Of a DNA stretch of 64,000 bases, positions 12,133-23,819 are shown in pieces (position 1 is the first letter of the stretch; each line of letters opens with the position of its first letter). The notes under the pieces are model-generated. The model searched no databases. It had not been told where the DNA came from and saw only the letters and a program-made list of their open reading frames with translations. The position numbers and the translations under genes were made by a program. The DNA comes from Hyaloraphidium curvatum SAG 235-1 (Eukaryota; Fungi; Monoblepharomycota), in assembly GCA_025558095.1 (NCBI GenBank), contig JAIVFI010000043.1, positions 1 to 64,000 of the forward strand. Direction: 5' to 3'.

Positions 12133-12737
12133 CGCGGGGGCGTGTGGGGGGCAGAGCGGAAGTGTGGGGTTCGGCCCGACGGAGCCGCGGTTCGTCGGCC
12201 GCCGGATGAGCCTGGCACTGAGCGGAAATGTCGGCCGTGCGCTTCTGAATTCGCATGCAAAGATGACAAAAACAGAAAAGACTTGCAGCCCGACGCAGGA
12301 TTCGGATGGATGCCGCGCGGAGGCAATGATTCGCGGTCCCAGACACCGCTACTTTCCCCGTCTTCCGTCGGCAAGGTAGTGTGCCCAAACCTTGTGACGA
12401 CCAGCAAAAGATCAGGCAGTCAATGAATCCGGTTGCAATCGACATTGTACGAAGATCTGTTGCGCGGGAGGCTGCTCATTTGAGCGGCTGCGTTCCCCTG
12501 ACTGGGAGCCCGGCCGAGCCTCTTGACACTTCGTCGTCTGCCCATCAACCACGCGCGAGCGTCGCCGTAGCTGGATGCCTCACTCCGAAATCATATCCCG
12601 CGCCTCCTTACGCAGCAGCCGGGGCGACGAGAAGCCCGGCCATTCGCCGCCTTGAGGTGGGCCGCGGTGGCAAGTGGCAGCCCGCGCCGTGACTAACTTT
12701 CCTCGCGCCCAAGAGCCCCGCGTCTCCCACGGGGACC

Positions 12738-14533
12738 ATGGCATCTCCGCCCTCGCCACCGCCACTGCCGCTCGCCGCGATGCCGTCGCCCGCGGAGGGC
12801 GCGGCGCTGCCGCCGTCGCCGGCCGAGGAGGGCAGCGAGCGCGGCTCGGACGCGGTGACCATCGGCGACGCCGCCGAGGCCGAGGCGCGGCCGGCGCCGG
12901 CGGGAAAGGACATTTCCGAAGTGGCTGAAGCCGCGTACTCGAGCGCGGACGGGGGCGGCGCCGCAGGGGACCCGGAAAAGGGCGACGGTGTGGAGGAGGA
13001 GCAGCCGAAACCAGGGCAGGGGCTCAAGGACTTTCCCGACGGCGGCTACGGCATCGTAATCGTAATCGCCAACTTCCTAGCGCTCTTCATGTCCTGCGGG
13101 TGGGCGGCGACCGGACGGCCCGCTCCGGATCCCCCTCACATGCTGACCTCTCCACCGCCCCCGCAGCCTGCAGTACGCCGCCGGTGTGTACATCCGCTCC
13201 TATTTCTACACGCAGTACTTCGGCCCGCAGACGAGCTACTTCGTCATCTCCTTCGTCGGCTCCCTCAACGCCGTCGCCTTCCCCGCCTTTGCCCCCTTCA
13301 CCGGCTCCCTGTGCTCCTACCTCGGCCCGCGGATCGTCGTCATCACCGGCGGCGTCATCCAGGGCATCTCCCTCATCCTCGCTTCCCTGGCCACCCAGCC
13401 CTGGCAGATGCTCCTCTCCCAGGGGCTCATGTTCGGCATCGGCGAGGTGCTCGTGTACATGGGCGGCGTCGCGGTCATCCAGCAGTGGTTCCTGCGCAAG
13501 CGCGGGCTGGCGATCGGGCTGGCGCTCAGCGGGAGCGGGTTCGGCGGGCTGGCGATGAGCGCCGTGTGCCAGCTGCTGATCGACCGGTTCGGGTTCCCGT
13601 GGAGTCTGAGGATCATCGGGTTTTTGACGCTGGGGGTCGTGGTGTGCTGCGGGGCGCTCATGACGCCGAGGATCAAGCCGGGATTCAGGACGGGCAAGGT
13701 GGCGGGCAAGAGGCTGCCGATCCGTGGGTCGGCATCAAAGGGGCAACACGACGGCTTGCTGACCGCGTTCGCATGCAGTCGACTTTTCCGTCTTCAAAAA
13801 CAAGCACTTTGTCGTGTTCTACGTCAGCGGCGCCCTCTCGATGATGGGATACTTTGTTCCGTAGGTCGTGTTGGACTCGTGGACGAGCCTCTCGCTCACT
13901 GGCCCGTTTCTTGCCGTCCTGCACATCAGCTTCCTCTACAGTGAGTCTCCGACCACATGCTTCGATCTGGTCCGTGACTGAACCGCATCGCCGTCAACAG
14001 TGTCTTCGTACGCGACGTCCAAGGGCATCTCCGCCTCCCTGTCCGCGCTCGCCCTCGGCCTCATGAACGGCGCCTCGGCCGTAGGCAGGATCATCGGCGG
14101 CTACGCCGGCGACAAGGTCGGCTACATGAACGCCTTCACCGCGTGCCAGCTGGTCACGCCCGTCGTCGTGCTGTGCATATGGCCTTTTGCCAACACCTTT
14201 GGCGCCGTGGTCGCGGTGTCTGTGCTCTACGGGCTCGGCGCGGGCGGCTACATTTCCGTGATGCCGCCGATGGTGCTCTCCGTTTTCGGCGGGGGCGAGG
14301 CCGTCGCCATCCTGGGCATGCAGATGTCCTCGGGCCTGATGGGCTCGCTCGCCGGGCCCCCGATCGCCGGGCTCATCACGGACTCGCACACGACCACCCT
14401 TCCCGACGGGACCAAGTCGATAGACTGGATTCCCACGATCATGTATGCCGGCGCGTTCCTGCTCGCCGGCAACGTGCTGCTGGTGTGGATCCGCGGGGAC
14501 AAGACCGGGTGGAAGCTCAGGTACAAGATCTGA
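12738..14533 (+). CDS. MFS transporter, monocarboxylate-transporter (MCT/Mch)-like; 4 introns including an 11-nt micro-exon
   Basis: FPDGGYG motif, QWFLRKRGLAIGLALSGSGFGG, GRIIGGYAGDKVG, multiple TM helices. The start may instead be ATG 12780. Confidence 0.92.
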
Positions 14534-14772
14534 GCGCGGCGCGGACCCGTGCGGCGTGGCACCGCAGGGCGATGTGGAAAGGGTGGCTTGCCAATAGACT
14601 GTGCAGTGAACGTGTTTGAAGCTCGCGACCGCTCTATCTGTCGCAGTGGAGGCGGCCGGGCGGCGGACAATAAATTCTCGCGACCGCCGACGGGCTTGGC
14701 CACCGGCCGCCCCCCTTCCCGAACTCCTCACTCTCGCGGTCTCCCGCCCGCTCCGCCCCTCCTTCCGCCGCG

Positions 14773-16760
14773 ATGTCCCTCCTGCCGAGCTCGTGGCTCG
14801 TCACCTTCCTGCTCCTGGCGGCCGTCGGCGCGCTCTGCTACGAGCTGTACCGCCGGCTGTTCCTCTCGTTCGACGACAACATCCCGACCGTCGTGCTGCC
14901 GATGCACCCGCCGCCAGCACACGTGGAGGACCTTCACGTGTGGGACACGGGTTCGTCCTGTCACTTGGCGGAGGTCGCGGAACGGGATTCACCACGAGCC
15001 GCCGCCAGAACTGCTCCTCAAGCACAAGACCACCGTGATGCGGGTCATCAACATGTTCAAACCGTACGGCGGGCCCGTTGCTCCGCGCGATTCGGGCTTA
15101 CACGCCGCTAAGGTGGAACCGGACCCTGCTCGTCGCCGACCCCGCCGTCGCCAAGGAGATCTTCGCCGGTCCCAACTGGGAAAAGTTCCAGCGCCCGCAC
15201 TGTCGGTCCCCCCCGCCGACCGCGCCCGCCAGCCCCTGATCACGCCGGTTTTCAGGGTCGCAGGACTACCACATGTTCCACGCCGGCGGAATGATCCTCA
15301 TGCCCAACGGGCAGGAGTGGCGCGAGGCGCGGGAGCACCTGGGCACGCGGACCTTCTCGTCGACGACGGTGCGGACCTACGTGCCCATCCTGAGGGAGCA
15401 GTTCGCGTTCCTGCGCCGCAAGATCGAGGAGGAGATCGACAAGAACGGGGGGAAGATCGACATCCAGCACCTTTACAACAACTTTAGTGCGTACGCCGTT
15501 CCGCCGTTTGGGCCTGCCTTGACGACCCTTCCGCCCCAGCTTTCGACGTCATCTGCCGCCTCACGTTCGGCGAGTCCGTCAACGCGCAGACCACCGACGA
15601 GGGCACTCGCTACCTTGAGGCGTGGGACAATCTGCTCGAGTATTCCAACATCCTCGTCGCGATCAAGGGCCTCCTCCACCCCACCTTCTACAAGCTCTTC
15701 CCCGGCATCGTCAACGGCCACAAGGATGCCTACGAGCTCGTCTCGGGCCTGATCCGACGCAACGTCGCGCGGCACCGCAACGGCGAGGACAAGCGCGTGT
15801 CGATCCTGGACGACTTCCTGAACAACGCCAAGGTGCCCGGGTGGCTCAAGGAGGACTCGCAGCTGGAGAAACAGATGATGACGTTCCTGTTTGCCGGCCA
15901 CGACGTGGGTTTGCCGGGCCGCCGCGGCCCCTGCGCCCTCTCACCCGGCCTTTCCGCCAGACCACCGCGGGCCTCCTTTCCTTCCTCACCCACGAGCTGG
16001 CGATCCACCCGGAGTGGCAATCCCGCGCTCGAGAGGAGGTCCTTGCGGCCTTCGGCCCCGGCAACGGCGAGAACTACGTCACCGAGCTCGAGAAGCTCGA
16101 GACGCTCCCCGTCCTGAACGCCTGCATCAAGGGTGGGATCCGCTGCCCGCCGCCGCCGCCAGCCATGCACGTTTCCTGACAGGGTTTCCGCAGAGACCCT
16201 CCGGATGTACCCCTCCGCCCCCGTGACGGGCGGCCGCGCGATGTACGAGGACTTTGTCTACCAGTACACGGACAGCCTGACCAAGGAGCAGAAGCGGATC
16301 GATCTGCGCACCGGGGACCAGGTGCTGCCGTTCCTGTACGCGATGCAGCGGCATCCCGACATGTGTGCGTGCTGCGGCGCCCCACGGCGGTGCTGCCTTC
16401 AGCTGACCTTGCTTCGTCTGCAGGGGACAAATCCTTCGGCTCGCCCGACGAGTTCAACCCCGAGCGGTTCATCAAGGATCCCGTCGGCGGGGCCATCAGC
16501 CTGTACGCCTTCAGCCCTGTAGGTTCCCTGCGACCCAGGCGATCCTTCCGCGACTGATCGAATGTCTGCAGTTCGGCAACGGCGCCCGCAAGTGCGCCGG
16601 CGAGCGCCTCGCCCTCGGCGAGGCCCGGCTGTCCATGGCCGAGATCCTGCGGCGGTACGAGTGGGTGCCGCAGGACGGGCACAGGCTCGAGCAGGCCTTC
16701 TCGGGGACGATCAAGGCCAAGCACGGGGTGAAGATCGTGATCAAGAGGCTTGTGGCGTGA
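14773..16760 (+). CDS. Cytochrome P450 (multi-intron)
   Basis: N-terminal TM anchor; I-helix FLFAGHD|TT; ETLR; FNPERF; heme motif FSP|FGNGARKCAG. Confidence 0.95.
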
Positions 16761-17078
16761 GCGGAGCCGAGGAGGCGTCGAGATCGGCATGAGGAGCTGG
16801 CGGTGTCCGCTTGGTCGTGGAGAGGCTTGCGGCGTGATGGAGCCGGGCACTGCCGCGCATTTGGAAGATCTAGACAATGTAGAGCTCAGTCAAACTTCTG
16901 CCATAGATTATCGCACATTTTCGGTGCCACGGCGGGCGGGGTTCTGTTGGGAGACAGCAGCTGGCCCGACGCCAACAGCGCGGCGAAACCCTCTATCTTT
17001 GCAGGACAGCAAACCCCCTGCCCGGGCGTCGATTCGCTTTCGGGGCCACTTTCTGCCTGCGGGTCCAGTGCCCCCACG

Positions 17079-18907
17079 ATGCCGTCCCGCGAGGCGCTCG
17101 CCACGGCGGCCGGCGTCGCGGCCGGCGCCATCGCGCTCGGCACCCTCGCCGCGCGCCGCACCCTGCAGGTCGGCGCCTTTGCCTCCGCGGCGGACGTGCT
17201 CTTCGGCCCCGCGAAGCCGCCGCCGCTGCCCACCGCCGCCGATGCCGACGGCAACGTCAAAATCGACATCGACACGCCCCGATACTCGGTCACCGGAACC
17301 GTGCACAAGGACCTGCTCCCCGTCGCCGAGGCCTTCCTGGACAACATCGTGCGCGGGGAGGAGGTCGGCGCTGGGTTCACGCTCTACCACGAGGGGAAGC
17401 GCGTCGTCGACCTCGCCGGCGGGCTCAAGGACAAGTCGGGGCGGCGCTACGACCACGAGAGCTTCAACCAAGTCTGGTCGTCGGGCAAGGCCGTGACGGC
17501 CGTCTTGATTGCGTACTGCGTCTCGAAAGGCTACTTCAACTACGACGATCCCGTCGCCAAGCACTGGTGGGCATCTTTCGACCGCGCTGAAAGAAGATCA
17601 GCTGATTCAGGTGCCCCCTCCAGGCCCGAGTTTGCGCAGGGCAACAAGGAGAACGTCCTTATCAAGCACCTACTCCAGTCGCGGGCCGGGGTAGGCTGGA
17701 TCGACAAGGAGAACCTGCCCCACATCGAGGACTTCTGGGAGGACCTGGACAAGGTAGCCGCCATGTTGGCCAAACAGCAGCACAACTGGGATGGCAAGCT
17801 GGTCCAGAGCTAGTGGGTTGCGCGTGCCCGCCCTCTCGACCAACTCAGCTGACGTCTGTTCCCGCAGCCACGCGCTGAGCGGCGGCTGGTTCCTGAACGA
17901 GATCCTCCGCCGCACGCACCCGAAGAAGTTCACCATCAGGGAGGTCATGGAGCAGGAGGTGCTGCCGGTGCTGGTCCCCAAGGGCGAGGAGAAGAGCCAC
18001 CCCCTGTTCGTCTCGGTGCCCGAGACCCCGGAAGTGATGGGCCGCCTCTGGGACATGACCGAGTACGCTGCTCCGTCCCGTGCCCCCTCTGACGCCGGCT
18101 CACGGGATCCGCCACACCAGATACCCCGCCACCCGCGCCCTCCTCCGCGCCCTCCTCCCCCTCTCGATCAACCCCGAACCCATCCACCCCTCCTTCCTCC
18201 GCGACCTCGGCAACCCCGACTCGATCGCGAACCGCTCCGCCGCCGCCTCGACCCCTCCCATGCGCGGCCCCGACCCCGTCTCGGGCAAGCGCGGCCCGAT
18301 CCCGCTGGGAATGAACACCTGGGGCACCCGGCGCGGGCAGCACACGTCGTACGGGATGCACGCCAACGCGCGGTCCCTGGCGCGGTTCGCCGCCGTGATG
18401 TGCGAGGGCGGGGAGCTCGACGGGCAGCGGCTCGTGGACCCCGAGGCGTTCGCGAGGGCGACAGGGAGGGATCCATGGGTCGGGTACGACAGGTTTTTGA
18501 ACGAGGTGATACACTTCACCGACGGCGGGTTCGCGATCTGGGACGCCAAGAGCGTGCCCAACATGCCGACGGACGACAGGTGGCTGCACGCGGGGCAGGG
18601 GTGGACGTGGTACGGTGGGTGATCCGGATGCTTGGCATGCGTGCCGGTTGGTGATTGATCCGGTGGTGGGCAGGCTGGGGAGGGTACGGCGGTTCCGTCA
18701 TCGTCTGGGAGCCCAAGAAGCGCCTTGCATACGGCTAGTGGGTGCCGTCCACATGGCCCGCACGGCCGCGACCTCACCAGACCCTCTCCTTTCCCGCCCA
18801 GCGTTCCCTCGGCGATGCAGATCGCCATCCTCGGCGACCACCGCTCGGCCAAGCTGGTCGAGAAGGCCGTCGAGTGCCTGGAGAAGAGCGGCGCCATCAA
18901 GGCCTGA
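17079..18907 (+). CDS. Beta-lactamase/serine hydrolase (class C-like esterase) family protein (multi-intron)
   Basis: GKRVVDLAGG; SxxK (WSSGKAV); DDPVAKHW|PEFAQGNKE; spliced C-terminus GWGGYGGSVIVWEP. Confidence 0.9.
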
Positions 18908-19023
18908 GCATCTGCGAGTATTGCTTTCTATGCTTGATTCAACGGGTGTAACTATAAACAACGAGGTAACAATTGTGCACTAGGGAGACCAATTTGACCA
19001 CGGGCGACGTGGTGGTCATCGGA

Positions 19024-19632
19024 TCAGCAAACTTGGGTCGGGCACGCGGACCCCTGCGCAGCGTAGAACGAAAACCCGGGGTTGTCGTTCTCGTACGTGA
19101 GGCACCCGATCGCGGTGTAGCACTGCGTCCCCGCGTCGTCGGGCGTGTTGCGGAAGGTGTAGTGCGTGCAGCCGGATCTGGCCTCGCACGCCGCGCGGCA
19201 GTTTGCGTCGGTAGTGACGCCCGCGTGCCGCACCATGCTGTTCGCGGCGTAGAGGCAGCAGGCGTTGCCGGCGCCGCAGTTCGTGTAGGAGCGCGGCTGG
19301 GCGTCGTAGCGGCGGTAGAGGTTCGCCCTGACGGTGTTGGCAACGCAGGCGACGTGGTCGGCCGGCGCGCCTTCGTAAGCGAACTCGCTGCGGGCGGCGC
19401 GAAGGGTCAGCCGGTGGCGGTTCCTCAGACGGGTCCTTCGCCTACCAGAACTCTTCGGAGGAACACTCGGAGCAGCTCCGCCGAAAGACCGCGGCCAGTT
19501 CCGGGACGCTGCGCGAGGAACGGTCAGAAGCTCGGCCGGCGGAGCCGCGCGGGGTACCAACGCAGCGGAGGCGGCCGGCCGGGCAAAGAGCAGAAGAGCA
19601 ACCAAGGCGGCTTGTGCGACGCGGGCTGGCAT
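19024..19632 (-). CDS. Small secreted Cys-rich protein with a PAN/apple-like domain; probably 2 introns (19509-19561, 19388-19445)
   Basis: Signal peptide; spliced SCSECSSEEFCEFAY; PAN-like CRAACEARSGCTHYTF...CY. Confidence 0.75.
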   Translation of the reverse strand: MPARVAQAALVALLLFARPAASAALVPRAAPPAELLTVPRAASRNWPRSFGGAAPSVPPKSSGRRRTRLRNRHRLTLRAARSEFAYEGAPADHVACVANTVRANLYRRYDAQPRSYTNCGAGNACCLYAANSMVRHAGVTTDANCRAACEARSGCTHYTFRNTPDDAGTQCYTAIGCLTYENDNPGFSFYAAQGSACPTQVC

Positions 19633-19927
19633 CTAGACGGTTTGCGGGGGGATTGGGGGATTGTTCGAGGGTTTCGAGGGACTGGCGCAAAGCGGGCTTG
19701 GCTGATTGGCTGTGCCAACTTCCGGCTCGGAAATGCATCGTTCTGGTGAGCCAACAAACATATGCTGTGCTAGGAGGGTCCGCTCTCGTGGCACCCCATC
19801 CTCCGGCCGAGCCCGCGCCTCTCGCGAGTAACATCGGCAACTCCGAACCAACACAGCCCGCTGCAGCCACCGTTCCAGTCCGCCCCGTCCCGCATGAGCT
19901 GGGGGACTCGCAGCGCCGGAAGGCACC

Positions 19928-21499
19928 TCACAAGCCCGCTGGGCAGTAAGAGTCCAGCACCACACGGATCCCGACCCCGTTGAGCAGGCCCCAGAGCGCG
20001 AATAGCACCGTGAAGAGCGAGACCACCAGCGCCCTCGTTGTCCCGTAGGTCACCTTGATCCCCGCGAACCGCGCGGGTTCGGCGGATGCAGCGACGGCAT
20101 CGAGGCGTCTCGAGAGGGCGGAGAGACGCTGCTGCAGCGCCTGCAGGTCGAACGCGGCGTCCCGGTCCGGCCGGGGCCTCGAGGATGCGGCGAGCGAGAG
20201 GAGCCGGAGGGCCTCGGCGGAGCCGGCGCGAATGACGGCGCAGACGGCCCCGATCCGGGCGTTTGCCGCGGCGAGTTCGACGAGGAAAGAAACAACGATG
20301 AACAACCACCATACGAGGAACGCGAGTTCCCAGGCGGGGACGCAGCGGCCGACGGCGAGGTTCGCGATGAAGGCGGGAACGAAGAAGAGGACTAGCACCA
20401 GCGAAAACCGCTGCACGGAAGCGGTCTGCATCCGCAGGGGAATGATCCACGAGCTGCTGAGGTAGCCGAGAAAGTCGAAGAGAAAGGGTTCCTTGACGTC
20501 TTCGGGGCTGGCGGCCACCTCATCTCCGGCGCGCGCGGGGCCCCCATTGCCAAATGCGGCTTCCGTCTTTGCCTGACGAGGTACCGAAATCGCGCCAAGG
20601 TTGGTCCTGTAGTCCGTGAGCAGGCCTGCGAGCAGCACATCCACGGCCCGGCACTGCAGCCTACGCGAGAGCTCCATCAGGGGTGGCTTCGGCCGGCGGA
20701 AAATCAAGACCGAAGCCGGCCCAAGTAGGTTTCCGAGAGTAAAGGCAAGAATGAGAATCCCCAGAATCAACGTGTACCAAGTGCTCCAGAAAACGGACGC
20801 GAGGGCGACCATCGGCGTCCAGAGAGGGAAAAAGCAATGCGACAGGAAATGCAGGCCGTTCCTAATGGCGGTTTCAGGCACCGCGTACATGCCTTCCCAA
20901 AATGCCAGTCCGCCGGCACAGCCGACGGAGGCGCAGGGGCAGTTGGGATCGCCCGGCACGTGCTCCACGAGGGCAGATGGCCGCGAAAGACACAGTTCGG
21001 ATCCATTCTCACCGGAAGCGCATCCCAGGAGGTCCTGCCACCTCAGCAGGGCGTGCAGCTTATGCCTCGCGGGTTCACTGATGAGCGCCCATGACTTTAC
21101 GAAGGGTAACGTGAGGGCCGCAGCAGCAACCAGCGTCAAGGCCACGCCGACGGTGCCGACGATAAGATTGGCGGTGCCGAACGGTGCCACCGTGCCGGCC
21201 AACGCCGGATAAAGGGCGACAGCCGGGCCAACGGCAAAATGCCCGACCATCCCCAGCCCGAGTAGCCAGGCACCGGCCCGGCCCGCTGCCGGCGCGAGTA
21301 ACGCCGCGAGAAAGCCAAGAAGACGCGAGGACCGACGTGCGGAGCGGAGGAGGTCCGCGGTCGTCGGCAAGGTCGCCTCGCGGAGCACGCGCGCTTCCAC
21401 GACCTCCCCCGGGGGATCGAGCGGAGGCAGGCTCCGCAGCGCCGGCGGGGGATCGGCGAGGTCGGGCAGAATAGCCAGGAGCTCTTCCGGGGTCGGCAT
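19928..21499 (-). CDS. Intronless polytopic membrane protein (about 7 TM), possibly 7TM ion-channel/GR-like
   Basis: 523-aa ORF with multiple hydrophobic helices; C-terminus ARFAGIKVTYGTTRALVVSLFTVLFALWGLL. Confidence 0.75.
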   Translation of the reverse strand: MPTPEELLAILPDLADPPPALRSLPPLDPPGEVVEARVLREATLPTTADLLRSARRSSRLLGFLAALLAPAAGRAGAWLLGLGMVGHFAVGPAVALYPALAGTVAPFGTANLIVGTVGVALTLVAAAALTLPFVKSWALISEPARHKLHALLRWQDLLGCASGENGSELCLSRPSALVEHVPGDPNCPCASVGCAGGLAFWEGMYAVPETAIRNGLHFLSHCFFPLWTPMVALASVFWSTWYTLILGILILAFTLGNLLGPASVLIFRRPKPPLMELSRRLQCRAVDVLLAGLLTDYRTNLGAISVPRQAKTEAAFGNGGPARAGDEVAASPEDVKEPFLFDFLGYLSSSWIIPLRMQTASVQRFSLVLVLFFVPAFIANLAVGRCVPAWELAFLVWWLFIVVSFLVELAAANARIGAVCAVIRAGSAEALRLLSLAASSRPRPDRDAAFDLQALQQRLSALSRRLDAVAASAEPARFAGIKVTYGTTRALVVSLFTVLFALWGLLNGVGIRVVLDSYCPAGL

Positions 21500-21720
21500 G
21501 GCCCGATTCGTCCTCGGTGAGGGACGTTATCGCGCGTCGAAGCTTCGGCGGAGCTTTCGCTCATCCCTCGCCGCGCAGAACCGTCGATCTGGGCACAGTC
21601 CGCACTGCCGTTGGCCATTCTGCGCATAAGGAAATGGCAATCGAATCGACAAAGAGCATGTAGAGCATTCCACCCCAATCCACCGTGGCCCAGACCATCG
21701 GCTCCCCCCGGCCGCCTCCC

Positions 21721-23448
21721 TCACTGGTAGCAGCCCCCCGGCCACCCCGCCGTGCACGTCCCCATGTCGACGAGCTGATACCCCCTCGAGCGGACGTAGT
21801 CGATGGCCCTCGGCGCGAGGTCGTACGCCGTCGACGGGAAGATGTCGTGCATGAGGGCGATGAAGTTCGTCCGCCACGGGTCCGCGTTGGCCATGGCGGC
21901 GTAGTAGACGTTCATCTGGCCGTCGACTCCCCTCTGTTCCCTGCAAAGGTGACGCGGGTCAGCAGAGAGGATAGGCTGCGGGGCCGTGCCGTGCCGAGGC
22001 GCACCAATCGTACGTGTCGAGGTTCCACCGCGCGAGGTCGTGCCCCAGCCTCGCCGCAATCTCCTGGGTCTGCGCGTTCCAGTACCCGTACGGCGGCCTG
22101 AAGAACCTCGGCCGCGAGCCGATGATGTCCCTCAGGGCGTCCGACACGCGCTCGATGTTGCGGTACTGCTCGTCGTAGCTGTGCGCGGGCATGTCGATGT
22201 GCTTCCACCCGTGGTTGCCGACGCAGTGGCCGTCGGCGACCATGCGGCGGATGAGGTCGGCGCGGGCGTAGACGTTGTTCTTCTCGTCGCCGTTGAGAAA
22301 GAAGGTGGCCTTGACGCCGCGGGCGCGGAGGATGTCCAGGAGGTCGGAGGTGTAGATGTACGGGCCGTCGTCGAAGGTGAGCGCGACGCGGTTGGCGTCG
22401 CGGCACTGGGTGATGAGCACGCCGGAGCCGCGGCCGCTGCCCGGGGGGAAGGGTAGCGGCGGGCGGGTGGTGGTCCGGGTGCGCGTCCGCGTCCGGGTGA
22501 CGCAGCGACCGGCCGGATTGAGACCTCTCGAGGTGCAGCTGGTACAGCCGCGGCACTCCTCGCACCTGCCGAGGACTGTCAGCCCCATGCGGTGCCGCGC
22601 GGCCTTCACAACACCCACCACTGGCACTGCCTGTTCTTGCAGCACCCGCTCCTGCACGTCCCCGCCGTCGCATTGCCCAGCTGGCACCTGTCCCCGATCC
22701 GCAAGCACCCCTCTGGGCTCAGCGGGAACCGGCCGTTGATGCAGGCCCTGCACCTGGCCGGGTTGGTCGTCTGGCACCGGTCGCAGAAGGTGCAGCGCCC
22801 GTTGAGGCAGCACGAGGAGGCACAGCCGCCCCAGGGCCGGCCGGGGGTGACGCTACACGAGGCGCCGATGGGTGCCATGGCGTTTGGCTCGAGGGCGGCC
22901 TTCCGGCTCTGCAGCGAGCTCTCCGCCTCGTCCTCGTCGTGCGCGGCGGTTCTGCTCGCGTTGGCCCCCGGCGGCTGGGTGCGCCGCACGGCGACGAAGC
23001 CCTCGTCGCAGGCGCCCTTTGCCGAGAGCGAGGACAAGCATGAGTCGGAGCAAAAGTCAGGGCCCGTCCCGCAGCTGTCACAAGGCAGAGCGCCGTGTCG
23101 AAAATGGTTTCAAATACGATCAGGAAGGCCGGATATTGAAGCAAGGACGGAGATTCGAGGCCCGGCGTCAGGGGAAGCAGAGTGGCCGGTGGCGGTCACC
23201 CACGTCAGGTCGCTCCGGCGGCAGCAGCCCGAGCGGCACGGCCCGCAGCCGAACCCGCATTTTACCGCTCCGTTTTCTGCCGTGCAGCTTTCGGCGAGCT
23301 GGCGTTTGGCCAATGGGGCCGTGGCCGTGGCGGCGTCGGCGGTTCCGCCCTCCCGCACCCCCACCCCATGGCGCGCATCGGCCCCGACGCCCGCGCAGAG
23401 CAGCACCAGCGCGGTCACCAGCACCGGCAGAGCGCGGCGGAGGCGCAT
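21721..23448 (-). CDS. Secreted chitin deacetylase (CE4/NodB) with an N-terminal hevein/CBM18 module and extra Cys-rich modules; 3 introns
   Basis: Signal peptide; CGPCRSGCCRRSDLT|CGTGPDFCSDSC across intron 23075-23203; ALTFDDGP; HGWKH; RPPYG; DTYDW; LMHD. Confidence 0.92.
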
Positions 23449-23819
23449 CGGGCGGATTTGCGAGGGGAATCGCGGCGGGCTCGTAGAGGTCCCCCACGCT
23501 GCTGCGGCAAAAGGGGCAAGGGGCCCTCGGATCTTCCACCGGCCATTCCGCTCCAGAACTTCCACCTGCGATGCAGTGGGAACATTTCTGACGCTCCAAG
23601 CAGTTAGTTGTCGGAACTAGGAAGAGAATTGCATCGCCGCAAGGTGGACCAGAGGATGACGGCCGGGCCCGTCCACTTGAGGAGAAGGGCATCTCATCCT
23701 CATCCATTGTAGGCAGGGCGCGGAACAACGAATCAACAGCCCGTCAGATTTCCCTTCTTCCGTTGATGGCTCGGCGACCGGCTCCTCTTGGCACAATCAT
23801 CACGCACAACTAATCGACA

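Noticed and set aside
19024-19632. Unspliced 202-aa ORF as a dual-coding alternative
   Set aside because: The two introns total 111 nt (a multiple of 3), so the open unspliced frame is easily explained by chance in GC-rich DNA.
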